Part shown: positions 55,741 to 63,664 of the stretch, piece by piece
How the letters are laid out: every line of letters starts with the position of its first letter
Position numbering within the stretch: the first letter of the stretch is position 1
Source: Dehalococcoidia bacterium
GTDB taxonomy: Bacteria; Chloroflexota; Dehalococcoidia; Lucifugimonadales; JAAXIE01
DNA: 64,000 bases
Assembly (NCBI GenBank): GCA_965197805.1
Contig: OZ240229.1
Location: 3,589,039-3,653,038 of the forward strand
Direction: 5' to 3'
Made by a program: the position numbers and the translations under genes
Notes under the pieces: model-generated
The model's database searches: none
The model's input: only the letters and a program-made list of their open reading frames with translations
What the model was told of the DNA's origin: nothing

Positions 55741-56904
55741 TCATTCGAGAATCTTGGTATATGGCTGCTTATCGATAATTGCAGCTTGCACTTTAGCTCG
55801 TAGGAAATCCTTTAGACTACCGTCTCTCTCCAGTAAGCGTACTAATTCATCAAGCCCACAGAGCACGATAACCTTAGCAGGCTGCGGAAAAACCTTCTCG
55901 CTAACCAGCAAACGGAATATCTTTGACGATAAGGCAGCATAAATCATGAAAACTGCTGCGATACGTTAATATGATTACAGGCTATTGATGAATTGCGTCG
56001 TCCTAGATTATGCCTCTCCCGTCACATCGAGTTGCGACACCCATTTCCCGCAGCCTGTTAGTACCCAATATCTCTTTACATTGTTCGATCGCCGGAGTTG
56101 TGTATCCACTATACGAGATAAGTAGCCCACGGCTTTCGCTCCGGGCGAATACTCGAACTAGATGCTCCGCTACATCCGGTTTTCCAACTGGATTATTAAG
56201 CCACTTCATTTCGACGAGGTATATGTGGCCCTCGAACTCAATCACTCCGTCGATTTGCTCAACTACGCCTTTGCCCGATTCAGATCCACGCCTAAACGAC
56301 TCTCGCACAAGAATCCCAGCAGCCTTAAAGAATCGATTGAGAACTTCTTCAAGGAGCCTCCCTCGTTCTTGGGCGTCTTCTATTCCGAAGAGGTGGTAGA
56401 AGTCCTCACGGATAGCTAGCAAAAGGTCTTGCTGCTTACGAAGTGCTTCTGCCTTACGGCGCTGGTCTTCTCGGTGTCTGTACAGTTTTGCATCGCGCTC
56501 TTGGCGCATTCTTGTAAAGGAATCCTTAGTATCAGTAACGCTTCGAACTCGGGCAACCAGGCCTTCAGCCTCGAGACGGTCGTTCTCTCAGCACCGAGAG
56601 AAGTCGTCGAATTCAACAACTCGCTTCAATACACCCGACGTTGACGCAAAGCCCCATCTCCGGCCTCATTTAGCCGTGAGAGCACTGTCCGTGCTATATC
56701 GAACTTGTTAATGCTTTCGCGGTCGATGTTGAGCTCCGATTGGAGGTCGGAGAACATGACGCTTTGCACACCGGCACCGCGAAAAAAGAATAGGACGTCG
56801 CGCTTCGATCGAAATAGGCGAGGAATGGTATCCACCAACAGTTGAAAGAGCTCTGGAGGGTATTGATACCTCTCATCCAATCCCTTGACGCCACCACTAT
56901 CCAC
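55741..56904 (-). pseudogene. Mrr-like PD-(D/E)xK restriction endonuclease-family gene, fragmented into at least three ORFs
   Basis: Pieces are 56904-56626 (..ELFQLLVDTIPRLFRSKRDVLFFFRGAGV..) and 56509-56003 (..VEQIDGVIEFEGHIYLVEMKW.., a D/ExK core). Between them is a frame change plus an in-frame TGA (FSRC*END). The tail 55947-55741 is in a third frame. The patch is AT-richer than its flanks. Confidence 0.6.
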
Positions 56905-56942
56905 AGTCTGAAGCTCCTCATTAGGACATTCGGTCTATTGTA

Positions 56943-57659
56943 TTACCCGCCGGCCGCCACCTGCTTCGCCCCCTCCGCCTGCTGCACAACACCCCAGATG
57001 TCTTGAGGCAACTCCGCGCCGCGCTCTTCACCCAACACCCCCGCCCGGTCCCGCGCTTCGGCAGCGTCGATTGCTGCAAAGTCCGACACCAGCAAGCCGA
57101 GGCCGTCCACCATGCGGACGCGGTAGTTGAAATAGGCCGATATGTGAGCGATATCCAAAATGTCCCGGTCCGTCCAGCCCACATCCCGCAGCTTCTGGAC
57201 ATCATCCTGAGTCATGGCCGATGGCGTGAGGGTCAGCTTTTCGGCCCATTCCAGCATGGCCCGTTCCCCCTCGGTGAGGTCGGCCTTCCTCCAGTCGTTC
57301 TGAATATACTCGGCGGTGAGATCGTCGCCGCCAACCCTACGCAGGGCCCCTGCGTGGGACACCGCTCAATAGCGGCAGTTGGCAGTCAGTGAGGTGACCG
57401 TAGCGATCATCTCCCGCTGTGCAGGGGTCAAGCCAGATGGCCCGCGCATGATGTCCATCATGAACTCGCGGGCGTGGAGCATCGCCTGTGGCTGTAGGCT
57501 GGAAAGCTCGGGAGGTGTCACGGGACGCTCCATCCCCGGCGCTGCCTCCCCGTAGGTCTCGCCCATGCGCTCATTGAGTTCCGCCATCTTGTCGTAGGCG
57601 GCCTTCAACTCGCCCTCGGCCCCGCTCTCCCTGATTACATGAATCCACGGCATAGCCAC
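56943..57659 (-). CDS. AhpD/CMD-family protein, second paralog with in-frame TGA (57368-57366) at the redox motif (C-R-Y-U); candidate selenoprotein
   Basis: ORFs 57659..57366 and 57362..56943 are in the same frame. The junction reads TSLTANCRY[TGA]AVSHAGAL, so the TGA takes the second Cys position of CxxC...H. The C-terminal half (MLEWAEKLTL...DVGWTDRDILDIAHISAYFNY) is the normal continuation of CMD proteins. Confidence 0.7.
57335..57358 (-). promoter_or_regulatory. SECIS-like hairpin downstream of the TGA
   Basis: The minus-strand RNA CCCACGCAGG-GGC-CCUGCGU(A)GGG forms a 10-bp stem with a bulged A and a G-rich loop. It starts 8 nt after the TGA. Confidence 0.45.
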
Positions 57660-57682
57660 CCCCTTCTCCGAGTCTGAGTCGC

Positions 57683-58231
57683 CTAAGCCTTCAGCCTGCG
57701 GGCCGTATCCAGCACCGTAGCCATTGCTTGGTCAAGAAGCTCTCCCAACGAGGCGTCGATGATCGCGCCGTCGGGACTGATGGCTTGGTCCACATGGGGC
57801 AGCAGGACTCGTGGCGTCGTTACAACCCATCCGCCCTCCGACTCGATGCTGGAGACAAGGTGCTCTGCCATTCGTATCGATCCCGATCGCCCTGGTGTGC
57901 ACCCCATCACGTAGAACACCTGCCCCGGCATCACGTTGGGCGCACGACAGGCCCACTCCACCACGTTCTTCATCACCGCAGGAATGGTGCTGTTGTACTC
58001 CGGTGCCGTCAGCACCACGGCATCTGCTCCGGCTATGGCATCGCGCAACTCCCTGACCGAGGCCGGAAACTCGCCTCCCACTTCCAAGGCCGGGCTGTAC
58101 AGGGGCACCGGAGTAAGGTCGAACTCCTCCGCCTCCACGCCCTGCTTTCTCACGGCATCCATGGCCAGCTTCAGCAGCTTAAGGTTCCACGAGCCCTGAC
58201 GCAGGCTCCCGGCAATTCCTACTACTCCCAA
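57683..58231 (-). CDS. NADPH-dependent FMN reductase family protein
   Basis: GIAGSLRQGSWNLKLL...VVLTAPEYNSTIPAVMKNVVEW is the FMN_red pattern. It lies upstream of, and co-oriented with, the CMD paralog. Confidence 0.85.
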   Translation of the reverse strand: MGVVGIAGSLRQGSWNLKLLKLAMDAVRKQGVEAEEFDLTPVPLYSPALEVGGEFPASVRELRDAIAGADAVVLTAPEYNSTIPAVMKNVVEWACRAPNVMPGQVFYVMGCTPGRSGSIRMAEHLVSSIESEGGWVVTTPRVLLPHVDQAISPDGAIIDASLGELLDQAMATVLDTARRLKA

Positions 58232-58405
58232 TTGATGTCCTCCTAGGTGGGCCGTTGCATTGGACCCACTAAGTTCTCATGTATCGTCGAATGTATGTCA
58301 TCAGCAAGCATACCATGGAGATGCGGCCTCGTATGCCATGCGCCTATCCAGTGCCTGACCGCACCCCTCGAAGTGCGCCGCCCCCGCGCAGGCAGACCTT
58401 CGCGT

Positions 58406-58477
58406 ACCCCTCCCCTTAAGGGGTCTGTCCCAGAATATCCCCTGTCCCCCGGCGGGAGAGGGTTAGGGTGAGGGGGG
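58406..58477. repeat. GC-rich palindromic intergenic element (REP-like), copy 3
   Basis: CCCCTCCCCTTAAGGGG hairpin, then CCCCGGCGGGAGAGGGTTAGGGTGAGGGGGG. Confidence 0.65.
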
Positions 58478-58668
58478 AAAATGTCAAATACCAACGCTCT
58501 TTGCTTTTGATGACGATATCAGTAGAGTCTCCATAACAATCTCACCTCAATCGTCTCCCATCGAGGTAAGGGAGAGACCAACGCCCGAATTGTGAGGCGG
58601 CCTCTTCAGGGGGCCCCAAGGTGAAGGTCAGGATGTGGTTGGCAGGGCACCCCCATGACATCAGCCAA

Positions 58669-58750
58669 TTGACACCCACACCCCCTCCCGGTAACCTCAA
58701 AACAAGGCAGGGGACTGACCCCTCAAGGGTCACCCCTGCCTTTATTCTTG
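58669..58750 (+). promoter_or_regulatory. Candidate promoter (TTGACA-17-TAACCT) followed by the conserved hairpin plus T-tract, copy 2
   Basis: TTGACA at 58669-58674 and TAACCT at 58692-58697. The hairpin GGCAGGGGACTGACCCCTCAAGGGTCACCCCTGCC spans 58707-58740 and is followed by TTTATTCTT. No annotated gene lies upstream on this strand. Confidence 0.4.
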
Positions 58751-58788
58751 CCCGCGAATCAGCGGTGGCAGGATGAGCGGAAATGAAG

Positions 58789-59172
58789 AATCGGCGGAAA
58801 TCAGAACAAGTTTTCAAAGCTGCGCCAGATACAACTGTCGGAACAATCGGAACAACTCCAGATACAAAAACTTCTTTCCAGCTACAACCATGTTCCGATT
58901 GCCAGCTACGAATCGTGCCCTTTGGCTGACGCCCTTCCACACGGCACCCATTATGACAAAGCTCTCTCAGATACGGCCAAGGCCTAAATGTGACGTGCTG
59001 CACTTGCAAAAAATCTCGCCAATCGGAACAAGCTTGCAAGCAGGCTCACATACTACCGTCGGAACAATCGGAACCTCTCCGATACCCGCTACCGCTGCAG
59101 GTGCAAAAACCCTCCTCTTTCGGAACAGGCCTGCAAAGCTGACTCAGATACGACCGTCGGAACATTCGGAAC
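58789..59172. repeat. Word-array locus B: AATCGGAAC/GTCGGAACAWTCGGAAC words
   Basis: The 17-mer GTCGGAACAATCGGAAC occurs at 58837 and 59058, and GTCGGAACATTCGGAAC at 59156. Each is preceded by CA(G/C)ATACNACYG. AATCGGAAC at 59021, TCGGAAC at 59120, inverted GTTCCGATT at 58892. CAGATAC at 58826, 58859, 58968 and 59145. CAGCTAC at 58879 and 58903. Confidence 0.85.
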
Positions 59173-59277
59173 ACTCCCCGCGATGATGAGGCGGACTGCT
59201 GGCATAAAGGCACTATGTGGAGTATCGTATGGGCTCTACGGCAAGGCTCGCCCTATAACACATCAGGAGGCGCGATA

Positions 59278-60534
59278 TTGGCTACCGACGTACGAGAAAT
59301 GGTCGACGTTAAGCAGGGTCTCTTGGACCGGCGCATCTTCAACGATCGGGAGATATACGACCAGGAACAGGAAGCCATCTTCTCCAAGTGCTGGCTCTTC
59401 CTGTGCCACGAGTCCTCCATCGCCAATCCCGGCGACTTCTTCTCTACCTACATGGGCGAAGACCCCGTGCTGGTCACCCGTGGCCAAGACGGCAACATCC
59501 ACGCCTTCCTCAATGTCTGTCGTCACCGCGGGAACCGCGTCTGCCGCGCCGATGCCGGCAATGCGTCCGCCTTTGTGTGCGCCTACCACGGCTGGACCTA
59601 CGGCACCGACGGCAAGCTCATCGCGGTGCCCAGCCTCAAAGAGGCCTATTACGACGAGCTTGACACCTCCAAGTGGGGCCTCGCTCCCGTGGCCCAACTG
59701 GAGAACTACAAGGGGCTGGTCTTCGCCACCTTCGACCCCAACGCCCCCCCTCTGCTTGACTACCTCGGCGACATGGCTTGGTACCTCGATGCCTTCTTTG
59801 ACCGCCGAGAGGGAGGGATCGAGGTGATCGGCGGCATGCACCGCTGGGTTGCCCCCTGCAACTGGAAGCTGCCTGCCGAGAATTTCGCCAGCGACGCCTA
59901 CCATCTGGGCTGGACCCACCTCTCTGCCATACGCACCTCCTTCAGCCGCAGTTCAAGCGCCACCTCCAGCGGCATCGGCCACGCCATCTCCCCCGGTCAC
60001 GGCCATGGCATCGGCGCCGTCGGGCCTCAGGACGTTGTCGACGTAGCGCTACCCGAAGTACTCGAGTACGAGCACTCCATCCTCCCGGAGATACGCGAGC
60101 GCTTGGGAGCGAGGGTCGATATGATCAAGCCCGTAGTGGGCAATGTCTTCCCCAACTTTGCCCTGCTGCGTGGCTCGGCCCGCACCTTCCGCGTGTGGCA
60201 CCCCCGCGGCCCCGACAAGACCGAAATCTGGGCGTGGGTCTACGTGGACAAGGATGCTCCCGATGAAGTCAAGAAAGCCTACCGCCTAGCGGCTACCCGC
60301 ACCTTCAGTCCCAGTGGCACCTTCGAGCAGGATGACATGGACAACTGGCAGGGCGTGACCGACGCTGCCCGTACTACCGTATCCCGCAGGATTCCGATGA
60401 ACATGGGAATGGGCATCGGCCACGAGGGCTACCGCGAGGACTTGGGGGCCCTCACCAGCGATTACCGCTTCTCCGAGAGCAATCACCGCTCCTTCTACGG
60501 CCACTGGGCTGAGTTGATGGCGGCTGCGGAGTGA
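59278..60534 (+). CDS. Aromatic ring-hydroxylating oxygenase alpha subunit (Rieske)
   Basis: Rieske motif CRHRGNRV...CAYHGWTY. Iron motif NFASDAYHLGWTH. TTG 59278 lies 7 nt after AGGAGG. The ORF track begins at 59215. Confidence 0.9.
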   Translation: MATDVREMVDVKQGLLDRRIFNDREIYDQEQEAIFSKCWLFLCHESSIANPGDFFSTYMGEDPVLVTRGQDGNIHAFLNVCRHRGNRVCRADAGNASAFVCAYHGWTYGTDGKLIAVPSLKEAYYDELDTSKWGLAPVAQLENYKGLVFATFDPNAPPLLDYLGDMAWYLDAFFDRREGGIEVIGGMHRWVAPCNWKLPAENFASDAYHLGWTHLSAIRTSFSRSSSATSSGIGHAISPGHGHGIGAVGPQDVVDVALPEVLEYEHSILPEIRERLGARVDMIKPVVGNVFPNFALLRGSARTFRVWHPRGPDKTEIWAWVYVDKDAPDEVKKAYRLAATRTFSPSGTFEQDDMDNWQGVTDAARTTVSRRIPMNMGMGIGHEGYREDLGALTSDYRFSESNHRSFYGHWAELMAAAE

Positions 60535-60590
60535 TCACCCTGTCTCCACAAGGGGACTCGCCAGCAGAAGGGTGCTCGCGAGCATAAAGA

Positions 60591-61949
60591 ATGTCGGCTC
60601 TAAACGTTCTAAACGCGCCATCACAATGGCTTAGCCGGGCCATCCCCTTCCACTACGTGTGGGTGATAGTAGCCGCCCTTGCGACGGCCCAGATGATCGG
60701 TTTGGCAGTGGGCTGGGCCGCTGGCGTCTTGGTGACGCCTCTACAGGATGAATTCGGCTTCAAAATAGAGGAAATAGGCCTCTCCTTTGGCCTCTTCTAC
60801 CTAGCTGCCGCCTTCTTCGCTCCCATCGCCGGTTGGATGGGCGACCGGTTCGGCGCCCGCAGGGTGATGCTCCTCAGCGCGGTCCTCTACGTCATCACCT
60901 TGGTGTTGGTGGCGTTCATGGACCACCTGTGGAGCCTCTACTTTTCCTTCGGAATACTGCGTGGCATTGCACAAGTCATCTTCATGGTCCCTCTGATGGC
61001 CGGGGTGGCGTTGTGGTTCAACCGACGTCTCGGCCTCGGCACGGGGGTGCTATGGGCCGCCTCCGGCATCGGGTCGGCCGTGTTCGCCCCGTTACTGCCC
61101 TTCATGGTAGGCAACCTAGGCTGGCAGAACTCCTTCCTGTTGATATGCGCCGTACTGGGCGCCTCCCTGCTGCTGCTGGCGATACCCCTACGCAACACCC
61201 CCGAAGAGATGGGCTTGAAGCCCTACGGATGGGTAGTTGGCGACGAGGCCCGGCAGAAGGCAAGGAAGTCCATTGAGAAGATGCGCCTCAAGGTGTTCAA
61301 CCAGCATGTGCGCCGCACCAAGGCCTTCTGGAATCTGCCCTGCATCCACGGCCTGGGATGCGCCGGGCATGGCATCATCATGCTTTTCGTCGTGCCCCTA
61401 GCCGTCGACGACCGCGGCATCAGCCTCGGCACGGCTGCCTTCACCCTCACCATCATCTCCTCGGTGAGCATCATAAGCCGGTTCGTGACCCCGATCCTTT
61501 GCGAGCGCAAGGGCACCAAGCTGGTGATGGCAACCTGTCTGCTGCTACAGGGCCTTCCTGTGGTGATGCTGTTCTGGGCCGATAGCGCTTGGGAGTTCTT
61601 CCTCTTCTCCGCCATATTCGGCCTCGGCTTTGGGGGCGAATGGACGGGCTACCTAGTCATAAACCGCCAGTACTATGGCAACGGGCCCATGGGCACCCTG
61701 TACGGCTTCCAGAACGCAGGTTCGCTCATGGCTCACGCTTTCGTCAGTTGGGCCGCCGGGATGATGATCGCCCTCACCGGCTCCTATACCGCCATCCTCA
61801 TATTCAGCTTGCTCACCAGCCTAGGCGGGGCTGTCATGGTCATGGCCTTGGAGTCCACCTCCCACCGCCTCATCCCCTCCAACTGGGAAGACGACCTCCC
61901 CGCCGAAGCCCGCTCCAGCCCTCCCTCCGTCGCCATGGCCGACGACTGA
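60591..61949 (+). CDS. MFS transporter
   Basis: Twelve hydrophobic segments and an MFS loop motif GWMGDRFGARRV. Confidence 0.85.
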   Translation: MSALNVLNAPSQWLSRAIPFHYVWVIVAALATAQMIGLAVGWAAGVLVTPLQDEFGFKIEEIGLSFGLFYLAAAFFAPIAGWMGDRFGARRVMLLSAVLYVITLVLVAFMDHLWSLYFSFGILRGIAQVIFMVPLMAGVALWFNRRLGLGTGVLWAASGIGSAVFAPLLPFMVGNLGWQNSFLLICAVLGASLLLLAIPLRNTPEEMGLKPYGWVVGDEARQKARKSIEKMRLKVFNQHVRRTKAFWNLPCIHGLGCAGHGIIMLFVVPLAVDDRGISLGTAAFTLTIISSVSIISRFVTPILCERKGTKLVMATCLLLQGLPVVMLFWADSAWEFFLFSAIFGLGFGGEWTGYLVINRQYYGNGPMGTLYGFQNAGSLMAHAFVSWAAGMMIALTGSYTAILIFSLLTSLGGAVMVMALESTSHRLIPSNWEDDLPAEARSSPPSVAMADD

Positions 61950-61966
61950 CCATGGCCGACGACTGA
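61933..61966. repeat. Perfect 17-bp tandem duplication containing the MFS stop codon (CCATGGCCGACGACTGA x2)
   Basis: 61933-61949 is identical to 61950-61966. Confidence 0.95.
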
Positions 61967-62060
61967 GGGGTGGGTGGTGTCGCTCTAGCTGGTATCTCCG
62001 CCAAGTGTGCGTCAATTTACAATGGCTGTTTGCATCCTGTTTCTTGTGGATAAGTGAAGT

Positions 62061-63540
62061 ATGCGAACAGGGGCAGAGTACAAAGAGAGTTTGCGCGATG
62101 GGCGCGACGTATGGGTGATGGGCGAAGGCCCGGTGGCAGACGTCACCACAGACCCGGCGACCTCGGCCATGGTGAATGAGTACGCTGCATGGTATGACCG
62201 CCACTTCGACCCCGTCGGCCCCGTCGGCCCCGTCGGCCCCGTCCGCCCTGTCGGCCCTGTCGGATGCACCCGGCCAGCGGCAGCCTGTTGCCTTCACGCC
62301 GCCTGAGACGTCTGCGGATTTGAGGCGCTTGGGGAAGGCAATCAGTGCAGTCCATTCCCTGGCCGGGGGAAACATGACTCACACCCCAGGCTACGGGGCC
62401 TTGATTGCCTTGGGGTTCCTGAATGTTCTCAAGCGGCTGAACCACTCCTCCGAGGAGATTGAGGCGGCTGAGGCGTATCTGGAATCTCTGGCTGGCAGCG
62501 GCAGGTTTCTCACCTTCGCCGGAGCTGGGACACTGATTGGGACACGGCTCCGCGAAACTGAGAGTGAGCGGGCGGCGCTCCGTGTGGTTAGCGAGACCGC
62601 TGAGGGCATCGTGCTGAGTGGCAAGCTCCAGATGCACACCAGTACGCCCTTCGCCGAGGACGTGCTCATCACCTGCAGGGATGAGTTGCCACCGGGCAGC
62701 GGCAGGTTCCTGTGGTTCATCGTGCCGGTGAACTCCCCCGGCATGCGGGTGGTGGCCCGCCGGCTCGCCGCCAAGCACGACAATCCCTTTCTAGCGCCCT
62801 TGAGCAGCCGGTTTGATGAGCTGGACGCCATGCTCTGGCTGGAGGACGTTTTCGTCCCTCGCTCTCGGATTTTTGCCGCCGAACCTCTGCTGCGGAACCT
62901 GTCTGGGCGCCATTCGCTGGTATCCTGGCTTCTCTGGCATCACAGCTACGGCTGGCTCGCCAAGGCCGAATTGACCCTCGGCCTCGCCCTTGCCTTGGCT
63001 GAAGTCATGGGGTTAAAGGGCAATCCCCAGACAATCGAGCAGTTGGTCGAGCTGACCGTCAGCGTCCAGACCACTCGCACCTGCATGACAGCAGCGGAAC
63101 TGGACCCGGAGACGACGGTGGGCGGGCATGCCCTGCCTAACCAGCTCCACTTGGCCGCTGCAGGGATCAACACCCTCAGAGTGCGCCAGCGGATGACTGA
63201 AATCCTGCGTGGCCTTCCCGGTTCGTCCTTGGTCAACGCCCCTGCCGACACCGACTTCGCAGACCCGAGGATGGCTGCCGAACTGGAAGATGCCTTTGGC
63301 GGGGGCGGCTACACTGCCATGCAAAGAGCGGCCCTCTTACAGCTCACCTGGGACCAAGTTTCGTCGGGGTTGGACGGACGAGAATCAGCCTTCGAGCTCC
63401 ATGCCAGCGGCGGGCTGGAAGTATGGCGACGCCGCTTATGGGTCTGGTTCGAACGCTGCAACGAACTCGCCAACGGCGTCCAGCACCTCCTCGAGATAGC
63501 CAGACCGCCCATCGACCTGACCAACCTCCAGAAATTCTAG
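62061..63540 (+). pseudogene. HpaB-family (4-hydroxyphenylacetate 3-monooxygenase / 4-hydroxybutyryl-CoA dehydratase-like) gene, reading frame broken at a 9-bp microsatellite
   Basis: The N-terminus MRTGAEYKESLRDGRDVWVMGEGPVADVTTDPATSAMVNEYAAWYDRHFDP (frame of 62061) is the canonical HpaB start. The rest of the family-like sequence (..QPVAFTPPETSADLRRLGKAI.. to the end) is in the frame of 62176. The switch lies within or next to 62221-62274. Confidence 0.7.
62221..62274. repeat. 9-bp microsatellite, six units (CCCGTCGGC x3, CCCGTCCGC, CCTGTCGGC, CCTGTCGGA)
   Basis: Counted directly in the sequence. It encodes (PVG)n in one frame or (SAP)n in another. Confidence 0.95.
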
Positions 63541-63609
63541 AACGCACCACCGACCCGAATACCACCCCAATGAGGCATACTCTGAGAAACCAACTCATCG
63601 TAAAGTGAA

Positions 63610-63652
63610 ACGACCTCCCCGCCGAAGCCAGCCGTCGCTATGGCCGACGACT
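63610..63652. repeat. Distal direct repeat of the MFS gene 3' end
   Basis: ACGACCTCCCCGCCGAAGCC (63610-63629) is identical to 61891-61910. ATGGCCGACGACT (63639-63651) is identical to 61935-61947 and 61952-61964. Confidence 0.9.
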
Positions 63653-63664
63653 AGTTGTGTGGGG

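Noticed and set aside
56560-56562. In-frame TGAs in the Mrr-like gene (FSRC*END) and the T5orf172 C-terminus (SILK*VDD, near 2068) as additional selenocysteine codons.
   Set aside because: They are not in a redox motif, I found no convincing downstream hairpin, and both genes carry additional frameshifts. This contrasts with the two CMD genes, where TGA is the only lesion.
58542-59186. ORFs 58542..59039(-) and 58773..59186(+) as protein-coding genes in the 1-kb intergenic region.
   Set aside because: They are built from the repeated DNA words, which produce repetitive nonsense peptides such as NCRNNRNNSRY. They have no RBS and no family resemblance.
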